DNA of 64,000 nt from Nitrospirota bacterium (lineage in GTDB: Bacteria; Nitrospirota; UBA9217), in assembly GCA_963845065.1 (NCBI GenBank), contig CAWJQQ010000002.1, positions 1 to 64,000 on the forward strand, written 5' to 3'. The translations under genes and the position numbers were made by a program. The notes under the pieces were generated by a model. The model ran no database searches, was not told the origin of the DNA, and was given only the letters and a program-made list of their open reading frames with translations. Positions 1 to 10,874 of the stretch are shown here, piece by piece. The stretch's first letter is position 1; every line of letters begins with the position of its first letter.

Positions 1-511
1 CGTTGCGCTTTCCTGATGTTTCTCTGCGTGCTATCCTTGACGTTTGAAAAAAGGGCTGCTTCATAAGAATGAAGAGCCAGCGTATGACCGTAGTAGCTGG
101 AATGACCGGGCCAGTGCTGTGGAAGCTTTTCTCCTCCTCGCATTTCAATCGACTGCCAGCCTGCCTTCACACCATATTGCACAAGCCCGTGGAATATATC
201 GTCTAGGGAGATTTCGGTAGGGACAAAGGGAATGCAGTAATCAGTGAAAGGCAGGGACACTCCCGCGTTCCCGTGAGGACGCTCTTGATCTCCATGACAG
301 GAATGCAGGCGGACAGTTTTTGATTGTCGATGATCGAGAAGTAACAGGGCTTATAGCCGTAGGAATCGTGCAGCACTCTCGCCCAGTGCGATGAATGGAA
401 GAATGAATAATCCGGCTGGGAGAGCAATAAGTCATCCCACCCCGGGTACTCAATCGGGTTAATGCTCTCATGATCAATATTCATAAGCGTGCTATTTGAT
501 CTATGAGACAT
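1..511 (-). pseudogene. GNAT/FemAB-like family protein of the polysaccharide cluster, frameshifted, runs off the window start
   Basis: WDDLL..SFFHSSHWARVLHDSYGY continues as GVSLPFTDYC and later DSTQRNIRKA in other frames; at least two frameshifts near 263 and 205 (real or assembly error). Confidence 0.7.
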
Positions 512-535
512 ACACGTCTAGGAAATACTTGGTAT

Positions 536-1787
536 TTATTGCACGCCTTGTGTAGACGCGGCAGGAACAATTGTTTCATTTCTAGCTATCTCACCCCCGG
601 CATGGTTATTCATAAAATTCCGGATGCCGTCCACAACCTGATTCTGCTGTGATTCCGTCATTCCCGGGAAAATGGGAAGGGAAAGGATTTCCTGCGCCGC
701 CAGCTCTGAGACAACGAGATTTCGAGTGGCATATTTAGCGCCTGCATAAGCTTTTTGCATGTGAAGCGGGATAGGATAATGCAGGCCCGTTGATATGTTC
801 CTCTCCGCCAGGTACGACTGGAGGGCATCCCTGTGTTTAGCCTGGATCACATATAAATGGTAAACGGCTTTGCTCCATTCAGGCTCGAACGGAACACGGA
901 CGCCATCGACAGATGCAAGCAGTTCATTATAACGTTGCGCGATCTGTCTCCGCTCGTCATTCCATGACGCAAGCCGTCCAAGCTTGATCCGCAGGATGCC
1001 TGCCTGGATAGCGTCGAGCCTTCCGTTGTACCCTTCCATTTCATGACAATATTTCTTGCTCTGGCCATGGTCGCGTAGCATTCGGATCGTCCCGGCAATT
1101 TTATCGTCATCGGTCGTGACCGCGCCCGCTTCTCCGAATGCCCCGAGGTTTTTTCCTGGATAAAAGCTGAACGCAGCCGCTCTTCCCATGGAGCCTGCTT
1201 TCCTCCATTGATTTTTACTTTTCGAAAAATAGAGAGCGCCGTGGGCCTGACAGGCGTCCTCTATAATGATAAGCCGATACTGTTCCGCCAGATTCTTTAT
1301 CTCGTCCATATCGGCAATCTGGCCAAAGAGATGTACAGGAATTATCGCCTTAATGGTTCTCCCAGTCGAACGATGTATGGTCCTACCTGTTGTGGACTGG
1401 AAGATACAGTCCATCTCCAGGAAACGTCCGGAGTTTCCCTGTATCCATGTTGTACGTTCTCTCATCGACATCGATAAATTCGATATCCGCGCCCGCCTGT
1501 GAGATCGCCTCCGTCGTGGCGATAAACGTATTGGGCACGGTCAGCACCACGTCACCGTGTTTCACGCCCGCCGCGATCAAGGCGAAGCGCAGGGCATCCG
1601 TTCCGCTGCCGACGCCTATCGCATGCTTCGTGCCGCAGAATGAAGCGAAGTCCTTCTCGAATGCCTCGACCATCGGCCCACCGATGAACTGGCCGGTTTT
1701 AAGAGCATCGCGGAAGACGGCGACGAGCTCTGTTTCCAACTCGCGATGCTGCAGCGATAAATCGAGAAAAGGTACCCGCTCATCCAT
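536..1787 (-). pseudogene. DegT/DnrJ/EryC1/StrS aminotransferase, split by one frameshift near 1420-1424
   Basis: MDERVPFLDL..GSGTDAL in one frame; PVHLFGQ, EDACQAHGA and SFYPGKNLG (PLP lysine) in the next. Confidence 0.85.
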
Positions 1788-2259
1788 GCGTGATCTTCCT
1801 GATGAACCTGGCTGGATTTCCCGCGACAATGACGCCGGGAGGAACGTCTTTCGTCACTACGCTTCCCGAGCCGACGATTGCATTCTCTCCAATCGTGACG
1901 TTGCAGAGGATCGTCGAGCCGGATCCTACTGAGGCTCCCTTTTTTACTAGTGTAGGGACCACGGTCCAGTCCGCCTCGGTCTGCAGCCCGCCATTCCCGC
2001 TCGTGGCCCGCGGGAACTTGTCGTTGATGAACGTTACGCCGTGGCCGACGAAGACTTCATCCTCTATGGTCACCCCTTCACAAATAAACGTGTGGCTCTG
2101 GATCTTGCAATTCTTGCCGATAAAGGCGTTTTTCTGCACCTCGACGAAGGTGCCGATCTTGGTATTATCGCCGATGACGCAACCATACAGGTTGATGAAA
2201 TTGGAAAGCTTGACGTTCTCCCCGAGCCGGACATCGTCTGCGATGCTGTGATAGTTCAT
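1780..2259 (-). CDS. Hexapeptide-repeat N-acetyltransferase (WbpD-like)
   Basis: Left-handed beta-helix repeats, IGDNTKIGTFVEVQK, VVTKDVP..GNPAR. Confidence 0.9.
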   Translation of the reverse strand: MNYHSIADDVRLGENVKLSNFINLYGCVIGDNTKIGTFVEVQKNAFIGKNCKIQSHTFICEGVTIEDEVFVGHGVTFINDKFPRATSGNGGLQTEADWTVVPTLVKKGASVGSGSTILCNVTIGENAIVGSGSVVTKDVPPGVIVAGNPARFIRKITHG

Positions 2260-3257
2260 AATGGTATTTCTCTCCCTTTTTGCCTCAATGATTCGCTGCT
2301 GGCCTCAAGCATCCTGACAATGCGAAGGCCGGACCGGCCGTCATTGATAGGCGTCGTATTCTCTTTGATGCATTTCAGGAAATACGCCGTCTCTATCTTG
2401 AGTGCCTCCATCTGCTCAACGCGGGGCGAATACATGTCGCCGGAGCGATAGTTGACGCGCAATGTATAATCATCTTCCTTGCTCTTGATCTCCACTCCCT
2501 TATCGTAAATCTTGATTTTCTCGTCCGCTTCCAAATCGTTCCAGACAAGCATCTTTTTCTCTCCGCCAATGAGTGTGGTCCTAACCTTAACGGGCGACAA
2601 CCAGTTGACGTTAAAGTGGGCGATCAAGTTGTTGCTGAACATGGCCGTAACGTAGGCAGTATCTTCCTGTCCGTTTACATGCGCTTTGCCGGATGCAGAG
2701 ACAGCTATGGGCCGTTCATCGAGAAGGTAGTCCATGACGGCAAAGTCATGGGGGGCTAAATCCCATATCACATTCACATCGCTCTGGAACAAGCCAAGGT
2801 TCACTCTGACCGAATCATAGTAGTAGAGCTCTCCGAGGACCTTCTGTTGCACAAGTTCCTTGATCTTTCTGACTGCGCCGGTAAAGAGAAAGGTATGGTC
2901 TACCATGATGGTAAGCTTCTTATTCTCCGCCAACGTTATCAGCTCCTCCGCCTCCGCTGCCGTAGCCGTAAAGGGCTTTTCCACGAACACGTGTTTTCCG
3001 TTTTCAAGGGCCTTTTTCGCCAGTTCGAAATGGGTCGATACCGGCGTGACCACCGCCACCACGTCTATCTGGGGCGAAGAGAGGATATCGTTCCAGTCCC
3101 GCGTTACGGGAATGCTCGGATAAGCCTGGTGTGCCCGATACAAAGCTGTCTGATTACAGTCGCAGATGGACAGGACCGTGCTCCCCTCGATGCTGTTGAA
3201 GTTTCTCACGATATTCGGTCCCCAGTAACCGTATCCTATAATGCCGACTTTGAGCAT
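2256..3257 (-). CDS. Gfo/Idh/MocA family oxidoreductase (nucleotide-sugar dehydrogenase)
   Basis: GIIGYGYWG Rossmann motif, HVFVEKP, WDLAPHD. Confidence 0.9.
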   Translation of the reverse strand: MLKVGIIGYGYWGPNIVRNFNSIEGSTVLSICDCNQTALYRAHQAYPSIPVTRDWNDILSSPQIDVVAVVTPVSTHFELAKKALENGKHVFVEKPFTATAAEAEELITLAENKKLTIMVDHTFLFTGAVRKIKELVQQKVLGELYYYDSVRVNLGLFQSDVNVIWDLAPHDFAVMDYLLDERPIAVSASGKAHVNGQEDTAYVTAMFSNNLIAHFNVNWLSPVKVRTTLIGGEKKMLVWNDLEADEKIKIYDKGVEIKSKEDDYTLRVNYRSGDMYSPRVEQMEALKIETAYFLKCIKENTTPINDGRSGLRIVRMLEASSESLRQKGREIPL

Positions 3258-3452
3258 TTCCCCTCCGACTCATTTCATCGTTATTAAACTCAATTTACAA
3301 CAAATGCACTGCGAACATCCGCTGTTGCTCGGTGATTATTCTTCTTTTCCCCGCGTGCCAAAAGAAATTAAGGGTATCCGGGCAATGTGGTATACTTGGA
3401 CTCTAGCGTTGTATTAGGCATATAATATTGGCCTATTATGGAGGTGCACTAA

Positions 3453-3674
3453 ATGCGTGCTACGTTAAATATACCCGATGAGCTGATTTCCGAGGTTTTG
3501 AAATTGTCCGGGGAAAAATCCAAGACTAAGGCAATCGTTACCGCCATGCAGGAATTCATACGAGAAAAAAAGCTTCAAAAGATCCTCTCGTTGCGGGGAA
3601 AGATAAAAATCGACGATGTTACCAAGAAGCTTGACAAACTTGAGATGAAGGAGCAAGAGGAAAATCACAAATGA
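3453..3674 (+). CDS. VapB-type antitoxin (DUF2191-like)
   Basis: MRATLNIPDELISE..KSKTKAIVTAMQEFIR; GGAGG RBS; followed by a PIN N-terminus. Confidence 0.8.
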   Translation: MRATLNIPDELISEVLKLSGEKSKTKAIVTAMQEFIREKKLQKILSLRGKIKIDDVTKKLDKLEMKEQEENHK

Positions 3675-3796
3675 TGGCGTAATCGTTGATACATCAATTG
3701 TGTTCGATTTTCTCATGGATAGGGCGCCGCATGCTGCGGCAGTCAGTACACTTATCACGTCAAAACGAATACGCAATACTGGCGTAATTCTTTTTT
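3664..3796 (+). pseudogene. VapC/PIN toxin 5' fragment
   Basis: GVIVDTSIVFDFL..TGVIL; no in-frame ATG; interrupted by ISL3 and the remainder is absent. Confidence 0.7.
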
Positions 3797-5171
3797 GGCT
3801 CTTGGCACGATACTATGGGCTGAAATGCGTTGAAAAAACACCCGGAAAGCGTTAACTTCTTGCAAATGACTAGCCATCATTAAGCAAGGAGGGGCCTTCC
3901 GGATGCAGTTAGATTATCTCACACGGTTATTAGGAATTCAAGGGCATCATGTGACGGAGTTCGATATAGGATACCGAAAGGAACATATATCGGTCATTGT
4001 TACGATAGCGCGGGATCATGAAACTCATACGTGCGCAAAGTGCGGTGTGATAGACATCGGTGGATACGACAGCAAGGAATTTGAGGTCCGCCATTTATTG
4101 TTTTGGAGTGCCCCAACATTTATCCGATTCGAGCGCTACCGTGGCAGCTGTAAAGAGTGCGGGATTCTATCGGAACCCCTTAGTTTTGTGGATGTCCGAG
4201 GACCACGGGTCACCGCAGAATTGGCGCATGTAACCAAGGAATTGTGCAAAGTGACAACGGTCAAGGCCGTGGGCGATATCCTGATGCTGCACCGACATAC
4301 GGTCAAAGCGATCGATAAACAGGCGTTACAGGAAGAGCAGGCAAACCGCCCTTTGGACGGCATAACCGTATTGGGCATGGATGAACTTTCCCATGGAAAG
4401 GGCAAGGGACATAAGTATAAGCACATGATAAGCGCCCTAGATGGACCTCGTGGCCCAGAGATGCTGTTTGTGGGGAAAGGGCGAAAAGAACGCAACTTGA
4501 GCAAGTTCTGGAAGTGGTTTGGCAAAGAGCGTGCTCGTATAATCACCCATGCAGTAATGGACATGTGGAAGCCGTTCCGCAACAGCGTTCGCAAGCACTG
4601 TCCGAGTGCGCAGATTATTTACGATAAGTTTCACGTCATCCAACACTTACTAAAAGCTCTTAATGCTGTGCGCGTACAGGAGATCCGAAAGGCCGGGAAA
4701 TGGATGAAAGGCCGACTGTCGGGGAAAAAGTTTATTCTGCTTTCCCGTCAAGCCCATGTACGAGGAAATGCGCGGGCAGAGCTTAATGACGCATTGCGAG
4801 CAAATAAGCGATTGTTTAAGTCGCATTTGATGAAAGAAACGTTCGGACACTTGTGGAGCTATGAATCAAAAACATGGGCACGCAAGTTCTTTCGAGGTTG
4901 GGTAGACCAACTTAAATGGAGTCGTCTGAAGCCAATGCAAAAATTTGCACGTATGGTGGAAAAGCATCTGGATGGTATTTTAGCGTATTGCGATAATAAA
5001 GCGCCGCTTGGATTTATTGAGGCTGCAAACGCTAAGGCGAGAAATGTAATTCGCCGCGCATACGGCTATCGAGACAATGCCTATCTGGATTTGAAGATCA
5101 TTCAGACTTGCACTCCCTGGATGAACCGATTTAAACCATGGTCTTTTACCCATAGTAGGGTGCCATGAGCC
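3797..5171 (+). mobile_element. ISL3-family insertion sequence
   Basis: 23-bp IRs ggctcttggcacgatactatggg / cccatagtagggtgccatgagcc; perfect 8-bp TSD tctttttt at 3789-3796 and 5172-5179. Confidence 0.95.
3903..5168 (+). CDS. ISL3 family transposase
   Basis: Zn finger CAKC..CKEC, LGMDE, MDMWKPF, YDKFHV, IEAANAK..RRAYGYR. Confidence 0.95.
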   Translation: MQLDYLTRLLGIQGHHVTEFDIGYRKEHISVIVTIARDHETHTCAKCGVIDIGGYDSKEFEVRHLLFWSAPTFIRFERYRGSCKECGILSEPLSFVDVRGPRVTAELAHVTKELCKVTTVKAVGDILMLHRHTVKAIDKQALQEEQANRPLDGITVLGMDELSHGKGKGHKYKHMISALDGPRGPEMLFVGKGRKERNLSKFWKWFGKERARIITHAVMDMWKPFRNSVRKHCPSAQIIYDKFHVIQHLLKALNAVRVQEIRKAGKWMKGRLSGKKFILLSRQAHVRGNARAELNDALRANKRLFKSHLMKETFGHLWSYESKTWARKFFRGWVDQLKWSRLKPMQKFARMVEKHLDGILAYCDNKAPLGFIEAANAKARNVIRRAYGYRDNAYLDLKIIQTCTPWMNRFKPWSFTHSRVP

Positions 5172-5236
5172 TCTTTTTTTAACAAAATGGCAGTTTTCGA
5201 AGTTGCAGAATAAACCACATAATCCTGAAGTCCAAA

Positions 5237-6364
5237 TCAATACGCACCTTTTCCGCTAACTACGGCCTTGGGTGTTTTAAACAGGATCATGATGTCCAGC
5301 AGCAGCGACCAATTCGTAACATATTTGAGGTCCAGGCGCACCATGTCGTCAAAGGTGGTTGAACTCCTCCCCATAACCTGCCAAAGCCCGGTAATCCCCG
5401 GCTTTACCTCCATGATTCGGCGCCAGTGCCAGCTGTCATACTTCTCGACTTCATACTGGAGTGGAGGCCTCGGCCCTACCAGTGACATCTCTCCCTTGAG
5501 TACGTTAAAGAACTGTGGGAGTTCATCGAGGCTTGTCCTCCGCAGGATGTACCCGAAGGACGTCACCCTCTTGTCCTTCATGATTTTGTAAACCGTTTTC
5601 CCGGAATTCCCATTGTTGCCATTGCCGGACGGTTTTTTGGTAATGAAATTATGGACAAACTCCCTGTGGACGTCCTCGTCGTTGTTGACGTACATGCTCC
5701 TGAATTTTAGAAACTTGAATTTTTCTCCGAACTGTCCAGCCCTTTCCTGTCGGAACAATACCGGCCCTCGTGAGGTCAATTTGATCCCGATCGGGATCAG
5801 GATGAAGAAGGGGGAGAAAATCATGATTGCCGCAATGCTTCCGATGACGTCAATGATCCTTTTCATCCGGTGGCCGTTTTTTCTGGTCGGATTTTGCCTG
5901 GCTACGTCTGGATAGAATGTGAGGCATGACGGTCCGTCCACCATCTGACTCATCCGACCGTCCTCGGGATATCTGTGAAATAAAATCCCTATGTCATTGA
6001 GCCATTCTCGAGACAAATTGGTCTGTAAAGGCTGGAGGATTTTCTTCTCTAAGGTTTCCTTCTCGATGATTTGCATTTCCGTCATGATGACACCCAGGAC
6101 TTTATCGCCCCAGTACCAACCCTTGATATCGGTTGACCGTGTGTGCAGAGACAGTGCGTTCACAGCTTCCCGAACTGCTTCATGCCGTATCTTAAGGTCG
6201 GTGATGCCGGTAAAGTCCACCGTCATCACCAGGAACGACCTGCCGGACCGTTCGTGCCGTCTTCTTTCGAAAGCGAGTAGTTCGTGAAAACATTCCTCAC
6301 GATAGCAGCCGTAGACGCTGTCATACAGGGTATTATTGAGCGAAAAAAAGGAGTTGTTGTTCAT
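5237..6364 (-). CDS. Polyprenyl-phosphate sugar transferase (priming glycosyltransferase)
   Basis: KRIIDV, FLKFRSM, RTSLDELPQFFNVLKGEMSLVGPRP, KPGITGLWQV. Confidence 0.95.
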   Translation of the reverse strand: MNNNSFFSLNNTLYDSVYGCYREECFHELLAFERRRHERSGRSFLVMTVDFTGITDLKIRHEAVREAVNALSLHTRSTDIKGWYWGDKVLGVIMTEMQIIEKETLEKKILQPLQTNLSREWLNDIGILFHRYPEDGRMSQMVDGPSCLTFYPDVARQNPTRKNGHRMKRIIDVIGSIAAIMIFSPFFILIPIGIKLTSRGPVLFRQERAGQFGEKFKFLKFRSMYVNNDEDVHREFVHNFITKKPSGNGNNGNSGKTVYKIMKDKRVTSFGYILRRTSLDELPQFFNVLKGEMSLVGPRPPLQYEVEKYDSWHWRRIMEVKPGITGLWQVMGRSSTTFDDMVRLDLKYVTNWSLLLDIMILFKTPKAVVSGKGAY

Positions 6365-6934
6365 CGGTGTCGTTCTCGGAATTTTAGCTTTGAAGTGATC
6401 TTAAAGCTTACCGAATAAATATTCTTAAAAACTTCGGTTCGCTGAACTAAATATCTCGAAAGAAAATTGAGTGAGATAGCAGGCTTATTTCAATTAAGGC
6501 AATCAGTCCAAGGATTTTGTGATGGACATTAAATAATGCCAGTGACGGCATCCTAGGACCGGGGAAGTACTTGCTGCGACACGAAAGTCAAGGCAACTTA
6601 AAAAGATCATCTCAATTTCACGTTGTCGTCAGAATACTTGTACTGATATTCAAGTGCAGGCTGTCTTTTGCTTTCGCCTACTACTGTATACTGTTCTCTT
6701 CAGGGTATGCTTGGTTCGGCGATCATAGAGGATGAGCATGGTAAACAATGCTTCGCCCTTTCGGTTACAGGTTATAGCCGAAGGGCTGATTATAAAGGCT
6801 TTTCCCGACTCTCCGTCACGATGGCGAGATACGGGATTGTGTAATGGGTGCACTAGCACCCTGCCCCGGACGGTTTGGAACAGTAACGACAAGGCTAAAA
6901 TCGCAAAGCACAAAGGACGGATAGTTGTCCGGCT

Positions 6935-7816
6935 TTACTTCTGCTTGTCTTCCTGCTGACGGTGATAGTATCTATAATAACGGTGATACCGTCCGTTCAA
7001 CTGCTCCGGACTCGCACCGTTGTACACGATTCCCAGGACGGGGCTCCCTTTCAATGCGGCCAGAGCATCACGCACGCTGCTTGTGGCAACCCCTTCCTTC
7101 ACGACAAAGAGGATTCCATCGGCAAACTGGCTGAGGACCCGAATATCGGTGAAGATCAGCGCCGGGGGCGTATCGAAAATGATAATCCGGTCACGATATC
7201 TGTCCTTGATTTCCCTCATGAGTTCCTTCATCCTGTCTGATGAAAGCAGCTCAGCCGGCGTTTCCGTCTTTTTGCCGGCGCCCAGAAAGTTCAGCCGGGG
7301 TATTGTGGTCTTGATGAGGGCATCATGCAGATCGACCCTGTCTATGATGCAGTCCGCAAGACCTAACTGCGGTTTCACCCCCAGATAGGTGTGCAGTGAC
7401 GGCCTTCTCAAATCCGCATCAACCAGGAGCACGGTGCGGTTGGATTCCTGGGCCAGAACGAGAGCCAGGTTGAGGGCAGTAAGGCTTTTCCCTTCTCCAC
7501 TTTCCGCACTGGTCACTACGATGGTATTTTGTTTCGCATGCGGCTGCAACATCATGAGGACCGCGGACTTCAGTTTGCGGTACTCTTCGGTCAAGTGTGC
7601 GTCCTCTTCGGTGAATTTGATGATGTACGGGCTTGTCATCGCTATTGGTGTAGCCGTCTTTACCCGCTTCTGTACCACGGCCGGCATTGCCTTGGCTTGC
7701 GGTTGATTCATGACAGGGGCTGTGTCTCCTCGATAAAGTCCCCGTAACCACTTAGCGCGAATGGAGTACACTTTCCCGTTTTTTCCCTTTCCGCCTGTCA
7801 TTTGGTTTTCATTCAT
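6935..7816 (-). CDS. CpsD/CapB-type tyrosine autokinase
   Basis: Walker A AESGEGKS, VDADLRRP, FDTPP, C-terminal Tyr cluster YHRYYRYY; start taken at MNENQ. Confidence 0.9.
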   Translation of the reverse strand: MNENQMTGGKGKNGKVYSIRAKWLRGLYRGDTAPVMNQPQAKAMPAVVQKRVKTATPIAMTSPYIIKFTEEDAHLTEEYRKLKSAVLMMLQPHAKQNTIVVTSAESGEGKSLTALNLALVLAQESNRTVLLVDADLRRPSLHTYLGVKPQLGLADCIIDRVDLHDALIKTTIPRLNFLGAGKKTETPAELLSSDRMKELMREIKDRYRDRIIIFDTPPALIFTDIRVLSQFADGILFVVKEGVATSSVRDALAALKGSPVLGIVYNGASPEQLNGRYHRYYRYYHRQQEDKQK

Positions 7817-7832
7817 AGGATATCCCTCATCC

Positions 7833-9236
7833 TCAACCCATCGATACAACCACCAACAATACTGCGATGCCTGCGATATAAAGCAATGTGAAGGTAAATA
7901 ATAGCAGGTTCATTACCTGTGCCTTGTCTTTTTCACGGGGAAGCTGAATTAAGGGGAATACTGCCAGAACGGGATGACCAAATGTCTTTGCCGAGTCGAT
8001 AGACTTTACGGATTTGTCAAAACTATCTAACAGTATTACGGAACCAATCGCGACTCCGATGCCTGCAAAGAATCCGAGAATGATTATGAGCACCCTGTTC
8101 GGGCTGACCGGTCGGAGAGGAAGTACGGCAGGCTCGATAACGTTAAAAGTCAATCCTTTATCCTGGACCTGGAGATTTGATGAAACCTCGGATTTCCCCA
8201 GTGTGGCCAGCATCTCCTCGTACATCCTCTGGTAGGTTTCGCGGTCGCGCTCCAGCTCTTTTAGTTTTTGCTCCCTGACGGCCAAGGTCCGTGAACCGGC
8301 CCTGCCTGCTCGCCCGGTTCCGGAGGCCGGATCAGCGGCATCATCGTAGGATGGTGCGTTAAGGAACTTACCACTGTCCCGTGCCGGACCGCGTGTTTGT
8401 TCCCTTCCATCCACCTGTGCCTCCAGAGAGGCAATTTCATCCTGGACCTTCACGACCTCGGGGTGAGTAGGCGTATACCGTAGCAGGAGGTCATTTAATT
8501 CTTTCCTGAGATCAGTGAGCCGCTTTTGGGCTGCATCTACCTTGACCTCTTTCATGGCCACTGGTCCCGTTACACTCTTCTGGTGAATACTCGCGATTTC
8601 GGCATCAACGCCGCTTATTTTCTGTCTGAGGATATCTACCTGCTCCACCAGAAATTTCTGCGCCCCGAATGTCTCGTTCTTTTTGTAAGACTGGCTCTCC
8701 TCAATGTACGACCGGACCAGCGCATTCACATAATCCCGCGCAATGAAAGGATTTTTGTGCCGGACCGACACCATGAACATATCCACGCCTCTTCTCGCAT
8801 CGTCCATGTCGATAGAGACTTTAGTGGCCTGTTGGTATGATCCAACGATCGACTCGACTTCTTCTTCCGAATACTGCCCCAGATCGTAACCGAGTGCCTT
8901 GAGTGCCTGCAGAACCTGCGCCCTGCTTTGCATGATGACTTGCACAGCCCTTTCACGGGCATTCATCGACTCAGGCACCGTGACGTCTTTCATGACATCA
9001 TTTGTATAATTCCCTTCCATGAGAACCAACGACGTCGCCTCGTATTTGTTCGGGAGCATATAGCCGACTGTCACGATGATGCCGGTCACCACCATCATGA
9101 TGGCGACGAAGGCGTACCTTCTCTTGTGCACGAGCCGCAGATATTTCTTTAAATCGAATTCCTGCGGCCGTTCCCTGGATGATCCGCTACGGACGATCCT
9201 CACAACATCGGATTCACTAGGCTTTTCCACGCTCAC
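7833..9236 (-). CDS. Polysaccharide chain-length determinant (Wzz/GumC-like)
   Basis: Two TM segments, coiled coil, YTPTHPEV, IEPAVLPLRPVSPNR. Confidence 0.9.
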   Translation of the reverse strand: MSVEKPSESDVVRIVRSGSSRERPQEFDLKKYLRLVHKRRYAFVAIMMVVTGIIVTVGYMLPNKYEATSLVLMEGNYTNDVMKDVTVPESMNARERAVQVIMQSRAQVLQALKALGYDLGQYSEEEVESIVGSYQQATKVSIDMDDARRGVDMFMVSVRHKNPFIARDYVNALVRSYIEESQSYKKNETFGAQKFLVEQVDILRQKISGVDAEIASIHQKSVTGPVAMKEVKVDAAQKRLTDLRKELNDLLLRYTPTHPEVVKVQDEIASLEAQVDGREQTRGPARDSGKFLNAPSYDDAADPASGTGRAGRAGSRTLAVREQKLKELERDRETYQRMYEEMLATLGKSEVSSNLQVQDKGLTFNVIEPAVLPLRPVSPNRVLIIILGFFAGIGVAIGSVILLDSFDKSVKSIDSAKTFGHPVLAVFPLIQLPREKDKAQVMNLLLFTFTLLYIAGIAVLLVVVSMG

Positions 9237-9241
9237 TGCTC

Positions 9242-10117
9242 CTAAAACATCCCTTGTTTGACGAGCACATAGTCGCCTGCTCTCAGGATCATGTTTTGAG
9301 ACAGGTCGCCGTCATTCATTAATCGTTTGAGCTTAACATTGATGGTGACATCTTTCATTTTGTCCTTGCGGTAAATAACTGTGTCGTCCGGCTTGGCATA
9401 CTGCGTGAACCCGCCTGCGTCCAGGATAGCTTCCATCACCGTGATGCCATCATGGTACGCAATGGGCTTCGGCAAGGTTACAGCGCCCATCACGTAGATA
9501 TAATTGTCGGCACGCAGGGGAATATAAATAAAATCATTCGGTTCGACGACAACATCTTCATTTGCATCTCCCTTGAGGTACAGTTTGCTAAAATCTTCCC
9601 GCAATTTCTGTTTCCCTCTCATCAAATACGCATTTTGCAGGTCCGCCTTACCAATATCTTCAATCTGACAAAGGAGTTGAAGGAGGGTCATCCGCTGACT
9701 GAGCGTAAAAACCCCGCCCTTGACACCTCCGCCGAACACGTACACCTTGTTGTTGGTTATTTCGGTAACTGCTACGGTCACTACCGGCTTCCTTACAACA
9801 CTTTTTAATTTTTCCGTTAAAATTACCTGCAGATTCTTGGCGGTCATGTTTGCCGCAGCCACATCGCCTATGGTAGGCACGGTGATCTTCCCGTCAGGGC
9901 GGACTTTGGCTGTGAAGGTAAAATCCTTTTCACCCCAACAGGAGACCGAGAGGGTGTCCCCTTCCCCAATGATGTAATCCGCGGCAAATAAGCTCGTTGC
10001 GAACAGCAGCCCAACCAGGATAAATATCGCTATTTTGATTATAGTATTTGGTGATTTCTGCATAATCATCATTTCATTACCGGCATGATCATGATTATTC
10101 ATTAAAAACCATCTCAT
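9242..10117 (-). CDS. Polysaccharide export protein (Wza/SLBB domains); true start probably downstream
   Basis: YIIGEGDTL, VRPDGKITVP, YVMGAVTLP..AGGFT. Confidence 0.9.
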   Translation of the reverse strand: MRWFLMNNHDHAGNEMMIMQKSPNTIIKIAIFILVGLLFATSLFAADYIIGEGDTLSVSCWGEKDFTFTAKVRPDGKITVPTIGDVAAANMTAKNLQVILTEKLKSVVRKPVVTVAVTEITNNKVYVFGGGVKGGVFTLSQRMTLLQLLCQIEDIGKADLQNAYLMRGKQKLREDFSKLYLKGDANEDVVVEPNDFIYIPLRADNYIYVMGAVTLPKPIAYHDGITVMEAILDAGGFTQYAKPDDTVIYRKDKMKDVTINVKLKRLMNDGDLSQNMILRAGDYVLVKQGMF

Positions 10118-10329
10118 AAATAATTGATCAAGATTTTATATGCTTTCTACTTAAACTCTTTTTATATTCTAAAAAAAGTTCTTCAGTAACTAGCGTTCAA
10201 GTCTTTATCTTTATTGGTTACGCGGCGAATCTGTAACAGTTCATTTTCAGTATTCTTTACCCTGATTGCAGACCTCATTTTATCATCGGTGAATAAATGC
10301 AAATACATCTACTATCCCGCGATTATTAG

Positions 10330-10347
10330 AGCAAGTTTCATACCCAG
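10330..10347 (-). promoter_or_regulatory. Sigma-54 (-24/-12) promoter of the EPS operon
   Basis: GG-TATGAAACTT-GCT, exact GG-N10-GC spacing in AT-rich upstream DNA. Confidence 0.6.
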
Positions 10348-10874
10348 AGTAAAATAATGTATTTTATTATATAATTAGCAATTTTTATTCTAATGGGTTT
10401 CTGGGAGTGTATCCGGAATATACATTTTTTTTCTATCAATATTTTTTCCATGTGTCGAGAGGAAACATCTTTAATAACTACCTGATGTTAAAAGCTTTTA
10501 TTTATTTTTCTGTATCATATATATACATTACCATTTGTTCTATTCTGACAGGTATGGATATATAATGTTGTCTCAATGAACTTAATTGTAACATATTAAT
10601 AATTAAAACTTTATTATACATTTTGATAGTATATAGCGAAATGCCCTAATACCAGAGGATTAGCTGGATTATCGTAGTTGAGGATTTCGGAACATAATTA
10701 ATAATTCAAATGCGCTAAAAGCAGGATACTGATATCTATTACATCATGGACAGTTGCTTCTTCTGTAAGGAATATCCGGGCTCTATCTCAACAGGGCAAA
10801 TGAAGCATCAGAAAAAGTTCCTGTATTTTCTCCGGTCGTCTTTTCCTGACCTTCTATCAATGCCGCTTCTCCGT

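Larger units (their letters stand above)
3372..5233. mobile_element. Decayed TA-carrying mini-transposon (ISL3-type ends) with a nested ISL3 element
   Basis: Left end gggtatccgggcaatgtggtata matches the 23-bp IR at 16/23; right end aagttgcagaataaaccacataatcctgaagtcc matches the 44920-44953 end at 26/34; flanks aaattaa/aaatcaa. Confidence 0.6.
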
